In this document: positions 29,778 to 37,299 of the stretch, piece after piece
Layout: every line of letters begins with the position of its first letter
How positions within the stretch are numbered: position 1 is the stretch's first letter
DNA from: Dehalococcoidia bacterium
GTDB lineage: Bacteria > Chloroflexota > Dehalococcoidia > Lucifugimonadales > UBA3495
Direction of reading: 5' to 3'
DNA: 64,000 nt
Assembly (NCBI GenBank): GCA_963663135.2
Contig: CAXXRM010000005.1
Location: 353,812 to 417,811, forward strand
Position numbers and translations under genes: made by a program
Notes under the pieces: model-generated
What the model was told of the DNA's origin: nothing
Databases searched by the model: none
The model's input: only the letters and a program-made list of their open reading frames with translations

Positions 29778-31477
29778 CAGCTCTCCTCCGTCGGCGCTTG
29801 GGCCACCAGCCGCGTTCCCATCCCCAGGCGGGATTTGACGTCCAGGCGGCCTCCCAGGAGCTCGAATCTTTCCTGCATTCCCAGCAGCCCAATGCCGCCC
29901 GACTGGGGAAAATCATGATTCTTGGCTTGGCGCATCTGGGCTCGCGGGTTGAAACCCTGCCCGTTGTCCTCAACGGACAGCCGCACCATGCGGCGGCGGC
30001 GGCTCAATTTCACCTTCACACTGCTGGCGCGTGCGTGTTTCGCGGCGTTGGTCAAAGCCTCTTGCAGGACCCGGTAGAACGAAATGTTAACCGCGTCGGT
30101 CAGGTTGGGAATCTCCACGCCGGTGTATTGAATTGGCAGGTCGGTCCGACGCGCAAATTCGCTGCAATACCCGCCCAAAGTGCCGTTAAGTCCCACCGCG
30201 TCAAGCTCCGGAGGCCGCAACCCCCGGGCCAGCAACCGGATTTTTTCCATCGTTGTGTCCGTGAGGTCGACGGCGTCGGCCAAGCGGTGGTTCAGTTGAC
30301 CGGCCTCTTCCCCCGTTGCATGGGACATCTCCGATTGGATCAAGCTCAGGCTGATTTTCAGAGCGGTCAACGCCTGCCCGGCCTCGTCGTGGAGTTCCCT
30401 TGATACCCGGTGGCGTTCTTCCTCTTCTTGGGCCACTACCTGCCGGGTAAGCCAGCGCAGCCGCTCTCGCTCGACCTCCAATTGCTCGAACAACCGGGCA
30501 TTGGCAATTGCGCCGCTGATTTGAACGCCGACGCTTTCCGCCAGGTTAAGGTCCTGTTGGGTGTAGGCCTCGGGCTTGGTGGATTCCAGGTGGAGGGCCC
30601 CGATGACCTGGTCCTGGGCCACGAGGGGAACCGAAAGGAAGGAGCGGAATCCGGCCTCGAATACCGGAAGCGGCGCGGTGAAACGCCGGCCAAACTCTTC
30701 GGGGTCTTCGGTTTGGATCAGCAGGCCGGATCGGGTGCGCATCACTTCTTGGGTCAACGAATTCGCCAGTTCGGCCACGTCTCCCGGACGCCGGTAGGCG
30801 ATGTCGCTGCCAGAGACGTAGGCGGTGGTCAGGGTACGGTGGTCCGGGTCGGCGATGGTGATGACAATCCGTTCGAACGGGATAAGCTGCCTCACGATCT
30901 CGGCGAAAGGCTCATACACCTGTTCGACGTTTGGAGTCGAGCTGATAATCCGGCCGATTTCCGCCAGGCGCCGGCCCCGGTCCAGGTCCCTCTGCTCCGC
31001 CTGCTTGCGGTCGGTGATGTCCCGCAGCACTGCCAGGGTGGCGTTCTGGCCCTCATAGTCGATGGCCACCGCTGAGGTTTCCACGGTCCGTATGTCTCCG
31101 TTGGGCCTTTGGATGCGGTATTCGTAGCGTCCCGGGGCGGGCTGCCCATTTTGGCGGGCCAACGAATGGTGGGCGACCATTGGCTTGTCCTCGGGCACGA
31201 TGAAATGGTCCAGGGGCACTTGGTGGGCCTGGGACATGTCGTCCAGGCCGTGGAGCGTAAGAAACGCGTGGTTCACGAAAACCCGGGTGGTTCCGACGTT
31301 GATGACGATAGCGTCGTGCACGCTGTCCACCGCCATCCGGTAGCGTTCCTCGCTTTGCCGGAGCTTTTCCCATGCGCGGTCCCGGTCCAACTCCGGAAGC
31401 TCCAACTCGGCGATCCTTTGGCGGGATGCTTCCAGCTCTTCTAGCAGGTCTCCCTTTGTTTTCCGCTTGCTGCCCAT
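29777..31477 (-). CDS. PAS-GAF sensor histidine kinase (HisKA_3 / NarX-DesK type)
   Basis: The H-box ELHDEAGQALTAL, PAS-like and GAF-like segments, and the HATPase motifs (NAAKHA..., DNGQGF, GGIGLLGMQER). Confidence 0.85.
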   Translation of the reverse strand: MGSKRKTKGDLLEELEASRQRIAELELPELDRDRAWEKLRQSEERYRMAVDSVHDAIVINVGTTRVFVNHAFLTLHGLDDMSQAHQVPLDHFIVPEDKPMVAHHSLARQNGQPAPGRYEYRIQRPNGDIRTVETSAVAIDYEGQNATLAVLRDITDRKQAEQRDLDRGRRLAEIGRIISSTPNVEQVYEPFAEIVRQLIPFERIVITIADPDHRTLTTAYVSGSDIAYRRPGDVAELANSLTQEVMRTRSGLLIQTEDPEEFGRRFTAPLPVFEAGFRSFLSVPLVAQDQVIGALHLESTKPEAYTQQDLNLAESVGVQISGAIANARLFEQLEVERERLRWLTRQVVAQEEEERHRVSRELHDEAGQALTALKISLSLIQSEMSHATGEEAGQLNHRLADAVDLTDTTMEKIRLLARGLRPPELDAVGLNGTLGGYCSEFARRTDLPIQYTGVEIPNLTDAVNISFYRVLQEALTNAAKHARASSVKVKLSRRRRMVRLSVEDNGQGFNPRAQMRQAKNHDFPQSGGIGLLGMQERFELLGGRLDVKSRLGMGTRLVAQAPTEES

Positions 31478-31796
31478 TGGAACCTACCTCCGGGGAAGCC
31501 GTACCCAAACACGTTGCGGGTATTCGAGGGGTCCAGGTTGCTTTGGGTGAACCGGAGAAGAGCCCCATTCGGCCCCGGCATCCCAATGTTGGCTGAGTGG
31601 AATGCCGGGCCCGATGCGTCGGTCAATGGTTATCCGCCCGGGGCAGAAGCCGGGACAGGATTTCTCAGGGATTTCCCGCGGTGGAGGAAACCCTGCGTCG
31701 GGAGATACAAACCGCCTGGCCCCCATGTTTTTGCAATGGGGCGCTTGGAGCGCCGCCTGGTTGCTCGCAGCCTTGGTGTCAAAGGGGGACCCGGGT

Positions 31797-32960
31797 CTAG
31801 GGCTCCCCGAAGCATTTAACGGCGTTGTCCCACAGGACCTTGGTCATGAGGTTCTGGTCTTTATTTATAGGCTCCCAGTCCAAGACCAGGTCCACCGAGT
31901 TGGGGAATCGGGTTTCCGGGTGAGGGTAGTCGGAACTGTACATCAACATGTGGTCGCCCATCATGTCCGAAACCATTTTGACCATTTCCGGCCCCTCGTG
32001 AAGCACAATGGAAGCAAAGAAGCGGCCGCCGGTCAGGTATTCGTTCATGGTCTGTTTCAATTCGGCAACATACCCCATGTACTCCACCTGGTCCTGCATC
32101 CGTGCGCCCCAGAAAGGCAACCAACCGAAACCCGACTCCAGGATGGAAAAACGAATTGTCGGATAGCGGTCCAGCAGACCCGCTCCCATGAAGGAGGCCA
32201 CCGCCCTCATGGCGGCCCAAGGGTGAGATGCAGTGCGGCCAATGAAGGGATTTTCCCAAAGGTCCCGGTACCCGGGGTAGCCGCCGGAAAAGGAATGGTG
32301 CACCACGCAAAGCCCCTCTTCCTCCACCGCTCCCCAGATGGGATTCAGCGAAGGGTGATCCATGGGAAAGTCCAAGGGCAGGTTGACCCATACACCTACG
32401 GCCCAGGAAGTGCTGCCATATTCCTTAATCTCTTGGACCGAATCTTCAACGAACCTGGCGTCCAAGGTGAGCAGGGCCTTCAGGCGGTGGGGGGAGGTTC
32501 CGCAGAAGTCGTTCAAGAACCGGTGATTGGCCCGGATGAACTCTGAGTCCACCGCCGGGTCATCGTGGCCCCGGGGCACACCGGGGACCATAAGCTGGAC
32601 GTCCACACCCTCTTCGTCCATGTCCTTCAAGCGGCTCTCGGCGACCCACTCTCCGTCGGCGGTGGGAAGCTTGGTGCCCATGAACTTTTGGTTCCGACGC
32701 TGGACGTCGGCTTCGGGAGCGGCTTGGCCCAGGGTGCGGGGCGCGTCGCCCCCCCATCCGCCGCCAAACCCGCCCAGGTTATAGCGGTGGGAGTAGGGCG
32801 GCTCCAGCACAGCCCCGGCGGTTGTCCTTCTCATGGGCTGGCGGTACTTCTCTAGTTCCGGCAACAGTTTTCTCACCGAAGCAGACAGGTAGGGTTCCAG
32901 CCCCTCTGCCGAAGCGTGAACGTGGGTATCCGAGTCGTACACCTTCAGTCCATTTCTCAT
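31797..32960 (-). CDS. amidohydrolase-2 family protein (ACMSD-like hydrolase/decarboxylase)
   Basis: An N-terminal VYDSDTHVH metal motif and a C-terminal SDYPHPE motif. Confidence 0.7.
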   Translation of the reverse strand: MRNGLKVYDSDTHVHASAEGLEPYLSASVRKLLPELEKYRQPMRRTTAGAVLEPPYSHRYNLGGFGGGWGGDAPRTLGQAAPEADVQRRNQKFMGTKLPTADGEWVAESRLKDMDEEGVDVQLMVPGVPRGHDDPAVDSEFIRANHRFLNDFCGTSPHRLKALLTLDARFVEDSVQEIKEYGSTSWAVGVWVNLPLDFPMDHPSLNPIWGAVEEEGLCVVHHSFSGGYPGYRDLWENPFIGRTASHPWAAMRAVASFMGAGLLDRYPTIRFSILESGFGWLPFWGARMQDQVEYMGYVAELKQTMNEYLTGGRFFASIVLHEGPEMVKMVSDMMGDHMLMYSSDYPHPETRFPNSVDLVLDWEPINKDQNLMTKVLWDNAVKCFGEP

Positions 32961-33174
32961 TGGTCCACCTCTTTCATGTTTCTTGGCTGTCCCCCAGGCA
33001 TACCGACCCGCCGCAGGTTCAATGCCATCAATGCTACTTCAAATATTAGTGGCAAAGCCGTCGGTTTGTCCATGTCGCGCCCAAGGGGTATCCGGGCGCC
33101 TGCCAACGTGATGGGTGACTTTTGGCCGGGTTCCTCACCCCGACAAGCTCAACGTAAGGCTGTTCCGGGTAATG

Positions 33175-33201
33175 TTAGGGATTGAGGGCGGGTTTTACCC
33201 G
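33175..33201 (+). repeat. left copy of the 27-bp island-terminal repeat TTAGGGATTGAGGGCGGGTTTTACCCG
   Basis: It matches the reverse complement of 60657..60683 at 24/27 positions and of 40802..40828 at 24/27. It overlaps the 11-bp direct repeat TAATGTTAGGG (33170..33180 and 60681..60691). Confidence 0.7.
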
Positions 33202-33478
33202 AACCCCCGTTCGACCGCCAAAAACGCCCCAAAAAGCATGAAGGAATTTTACCCAACACCGCCCAGCGAGACCAAATCCAGACCCCCAGAACCCCAAGAA
33301 ACCGGACATCCCGGCCCACAAAACGACCCCGATCCCATCAAAATGGTGCTACAGCCTATGGGACCACGCCAGCATCCCAAAAATCCAGTCCATTCAGGCA
33401 AGAAAACCAAGCGGAAGTCGTGCTGACCTATAAGCACCCGATGGGGAGCTTACGTGATGACCCGGATGAACATCTCGG

Positions 33479-34987
33479 CTAAGGCCAGGACGGCCAAAAC
33501 TCAAGTTGAGGGGGTTGGGATATCACAGCCGCGTTGACCACCCCCTCAGACGCTTTCCCGCCGGCTCTCATTTCCCTCAGAGTCAGCCGCCGGTCACGCA
33601 TATTTCGGGCAATGAACTGCATCCGCTCCAGAACCGTCTCCGGTCGGTGATTGTGCCGCCACTTGAACTCCGTGACATACCGATGCAGGTGCTTCGAACT
33701 CGCCTGGTGATAATTCCCCATAAAACCGCGCCTGACTATTGCCCAATGGGACTCGATCCAGTTGGTCGTCACGAAATCGCGGACATACTCTCCACGAGAG
33801 TGGGCCACCGACTCATGAGCTATTCCAGGCACATTCCGATAAGCCGCATGTTCATCACTGTAGACCATTGCCCCAGACACAACTCTGGACCGGACGTAGT
33901 TTTGGACAGTAGCGCCATCAGTAGAAACGATCACCCGGGAATCCATGCGGTTGGTCCGCTCGTCCACCACTCCGATTATCGGGGTCTTGGTACCCGGACC
34001 CCGGCCAGCGTGCAACTTCTTCTTGGCATGCTTATTCCCCTCACGCCCGCCATAGTACATTTCATCGAACTGGGTGGGACCAAGAAACAACTCCATTTCT
34101 TCTTCCATGCCCCGCCGCAAGCGATGCCAGAAATGAAGAGCCATTCCATAGCAGACGCCCAGCCGGTCCGACAACATCTGGGCGGATATGCCCGTTGGCT
34201 CCTGTGATACGTCATACATGCCATCCACCCACCGCAGAAGGGAAAGGTTGGAGCTATGCATGACCGTAACGGATTTCACAGAGAAATCAGTGGAACTTGA
34301 GCCACCTCGCCGGCAGTCACGGCACCGCCACTGCCGCGGCTTGAGGTTCCTATCCACGATATCGTCCGAACCACATCTGGGGCAGCGAACGCCATCCGGC
34401 CAAAGAGTTTTTATGAACCAACGCTCAGCCGATTCCTCATCTGGAAAGTCCCTTTCATAGCGCCGCTGAGGATACCTCTTCCGTTCACGTTCAGAACGAT
34501 AATTTCCGGAATCGCCGCGTTTGCTTTCCTGCTCGGACCCAGGCTGGACCGGAGCGCGCCAGGGTCGATTCCGCAACAGTTCAGAAATAGAACGAAGCAC
34601 CTCCCCCACCTGGTCGGGGAATCGTTCCAACCGCAGGAACACGTAGTTGAGAGTTTTCCGATCGGGTATCGGTCCATCAAATCCACAGTGCTGACGAAGA
34701 GGGTCCTCGTCGGCCTCCAGGCGAGAGTGCACCCTGTTGAAAGACAGGCCTGAATCCGGATAACTGGCGATGAGGAAGGCCTTGACCATCGGGGTACGAG
34801 GGATGGTAGGGCGCCCCCGACGAGGAGCCGCGTTGGGTCCCGAGGTAAAGACGGAGAGCAATGGCTCCAGATCGACGTGATAGATGGCCGTGGCCAGATC
34901 AGAGAGACTGGAGCAAGGTTGGAGCTCCTCGGGACTACCCGAGGGTTGAAAGGTATCCGCGGTTATCGTATGATAAAGATCATCCAC
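33479..34987 (-). mobile_element. IS1595-family DDE transposase gene with an N-terminal DUF772-like extension (element ends not defined)
   Basis: Zn-ribbon CPRCGS...CRDCRR, then DEMYYGG...IIGVVDERTN...VYSDEHAAYRN...NWIESHWAIVRRG, typical of the IS1595/ISXO2-like DDE domain. GTG start at 34987. Confidence 0.75.
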
Positions 34988-35250
34988 TTTGAATCAGCAA
35001 GTTCGGGGTGGTGGTTTTGGTTCTGGGGCCGTCGCAGTTGGTGCTGTGGCGGTCCTTCTCTTTTATGAGAACATTAGCGCTATTTTACCAAAATCAGCTA
35101 TAAATCTCAATACAAAACCTGGTTTTTCCGAACCATTTCCTCCTATGAAATTGGCTTAAATCTTCGATTTTCGAAGCTTCCTGTCAGGCCTCTGCGCCGT
35201 TCCCGAAACCACCCGACCTGGCGTCGCCGGCAGCCACGAAAAGTGCTCTG

Positions 35251-35303
35251 AGTAAGAAAAAGCCCCGGCCCTTCGGAGAACGTTCGCTCCGAGTGGTCGG
35301 GGC
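35251..35303 (-). terminator. intrinsic terminator on the minus strand
   Basis: On the minus strand the GC-rich hairpin GCCCCGACCACTCGGAG-CGAACGTT-CTCCGAAGGGCCGGGGC (35262..35303) is followed by TTTTTCTT (35254..35261). Confidence 0.6.
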
Positions 35304-35736
35304 TCATCATTGCTGCTTTTGCAGGCCTTCCGGCGATACAATGTCACACCAGTGCAGAAATTGCAAGGCATAAATGGTCGGGTGTCGCGGGAAGTCTGCC
35401 GCAATTTACAGGATTCAGGGCCGGCTGACACCCTAACCTATGCCGGTGCCAGCGAATCGGACCTGCACCGCGGAGCTTCCAAGAAAAACAGGAACCGGAG
35501 ATTACAACCAGTCGAACCTGCGGCCATCCTACCCGATTCCAGGGCTATCGGGAACTCAGCCCAGGCCCATCGAACCAAGAGGGTCGGACCTCTGGCAATC
35601 CGCTTCGATCAATCGCCTAAGAGTTACTTGGCGAAATAATCCCCGATATCCATTCACCAAGTCAGGAGCACCCCAACACAGACATCATTAACCCCATGCT
35701 AAAATTCCCAGCAGGATCCCCCATGGAGCAAAAGCA

Positions 35737-37296
35737 GTGACGACCAACTTTGCCAACCGGACCCTGTACCACGGTGACAACTTGGACTTCCTACGGGGCA
35801 TGAACAGCCAGACAGTCCACCTAATTGCAACCGACCCGCCTTTCAACAAAAACAAGGACTTCCACGCCACTCCGGACAGCCTAGCATCCGGCGCCAGCTT
35901 CCAAGACCGCTGGAGTTGGCGCGACGATGTCCACGACGAATGGCTGATCGAGATTCAGCGCGACCAACCAGAGGTCTGGAGCATAGTCAAAACCACCAAA
36001 GACGTTTACGGCGATGACATGGGAGCGTACCTGGCATTCATGAGTGTCCGCCTCCTGGAAATGCACCGGGTATTGAAAGACGACGGAAGTTTATACCTCC
36101 ATTGCGATACAACCGCCAGCCACTACATCAAAGCCCTGCTCGATGCCGTTTTTGGTCCAAGAAACTACCGGAGTGAAATCACTTGGAAACGGACCAGCGC
36201 CCACAATGACACCAAGCAAGGGCGCCACCAACACGGGCGGGTCCACGATGTCTTGTTCTTCTACACAAAATCAGAGGAGTGGACTTGGAACCCCATTTAC
36301 ACTGAATACGACCCGGAATACATTAACAACTTCTACAAGTACACTGAGCCTGAAACAAGCCGAAGGTACCGTCTGGGAGATTTAACCGGACCAGGTGGCG
36401 CCTCAAAGGGAAATCCACACTACGAATTGATGGGCGTCACACGATATTGGCGACACAGCTTGGAAAGAATGAACCAATTGATGGCGGAAGGACGCATCAT
36501 TCAAACCAAACCAGGAGCAGTCCCACAATACAAACGTTACCTTGACGAAATGCAAGGAGTGCCACTCCAGGACCTTTGGACAGACATTAAACCATTGCAA
36601 TCTCAAGCGAAAGAACGCACCGGCTATCCCACTCAAAAACCTCTGACCCTGTACGAACGACTCATACTATCAAGCAGCAATCCCGGTGATATCGTGCTCG
36701 ATCCATTCTGTGGCTGCGCCTCAACCCCAGTGGCTGCCGAACACCTGGGACGACAATGGATCAGAATAGATATCTGGGACGACGCCTACCAGACCGTGCT
36801 CAACCGAATGGCCAAAGAAGGTTTGATCGTAGAACATTCCGAGGCACAACCAGGACAGCAGACGTTGACCGTTGCCAACATCCACTACGAGACCAATCCC
36901 CCGAAACGGACCGACCATGGTGAGCCGGCAGTCCTTCAACTACAAACTCCAACCGGAAAAAGAGCAATGCGGTTTCCACCCCCAAGGTCTCAGCAAGGAA
37001 GGCTGTTACTGGATGTCGGTTCATACTGCCAGGGCTGCGGACGAGATTACAGCTTTGACACACGTGTCCTGGAAGTCGACCACATAAGGCCAAAGTCAGA
37101 CGGCGGAAGCGATGCCTACGACAACCTTACCCTGCTCTGCCCGCCCTGCAACAAGGAAAAGCGGGACCGGATGACCTTGACCGGATTACAGGACTTCAAC
37201 CGCAAGACGGGACACCTTCTACCGGAGAATGAAAAGAACATTCGCCATGGACGTGGTCCACGAACAACTCCCCAAAGAAGAACCCGACGACGATAA
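35737..37296 (+). CDS. beta-class N6/N4 DNA methyltransferase fused to a C-terminal HNH endonuclease domain
   Basis: Motif IV IATDPPF near the N-terminus and the AdoMet motif VLDPFCGCAST near aa 330. At the C-terminus, CQGCG...VLEVDHIRPKSDGGSDAYDNLTLLCPPCNKEKRD is an HNH domain with a CxxC pair. GTG start 8 nt after GGAG. Confidence 0.85.
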   Translation: MTTNFANRTLYHGDNLDFLRGMNSQTVHLIATDPPFNKNKDFHATPDSLASGASFQDRWSWRDDVHDEWLIEIQRDQPEVWSIVKTTKDVYGDDMGAYLAFMSVRLLEMHRVLKDDGSLYLHCDTTASHYIKALLDAVFGPRNYRSEITWKRTSAHNDTKQGRHQHGRVHDVLFFYTKSEEWTWNPIYTEYDPEYINNFYKYTEPETSRRYRLGDLTGPGGASKGNPHYELMGVTRYWRHSLERMNQLMAEGRIIQTKPGAVPQYKRYLDEMQGVPLQDLWTDIKPLQSQAKERTGYPTQKPLTLYERLILSSSNPGDIVLDPFCGCASTPVAAEHLGRQWIRIDIWDDAYQTVLNRMAKEGLIVEHSEAQPGQQTLTVANIHYETNPPKRTDHGEPAVLQLQTPTGKRAMRFPPPRSQQGRLLLDVGSYCQGCGRDYSFDTRVLEVDHIRPKSDGGSDAYDNLTLLCPPCNKEKRDRMTLTGLQDFNRKTGHLLPENEKNIRHGRGPRTTPQRRTRRR

Positions 37297-37299
37297 GCA

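Noticed and set aside
31602-32546. 314-aa plus-strand ORF
   Set aside because: It is antisense to the amidohydrolase gene 31797..32960, which has clear metal-binding motifs. This ORF has no motifs and a biased composition.
33000-33480. Searched both island boundaries (also 60684-60700) for a tRNA/tmRNA gene or an integrase that would indicate a classical integrative element
   Set aside because: No tRNA-like sequence and no tyrosine or serine recombinase ORF is present. The boundaries are defined only by the 11-bp direct and 27-bp inverted repeats.
33283-35028. Possible terminal inverted repeats of the IS1595-like element (CCCCAGAACC... at 33284 versus 35019-35028)
   Set aside because: Only about 10 bp match perfectly before the sequences diverge. 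This is too weak to define element ends without other copies.
35156-35431. 91-aa minus-strand ORF in the IS1595/MTase spacer
   Set aside because: It runs straight through the intrinsic terminator hairpin (35262-35303). It has no RBS or recognisable motif beyond a chance CxxC.
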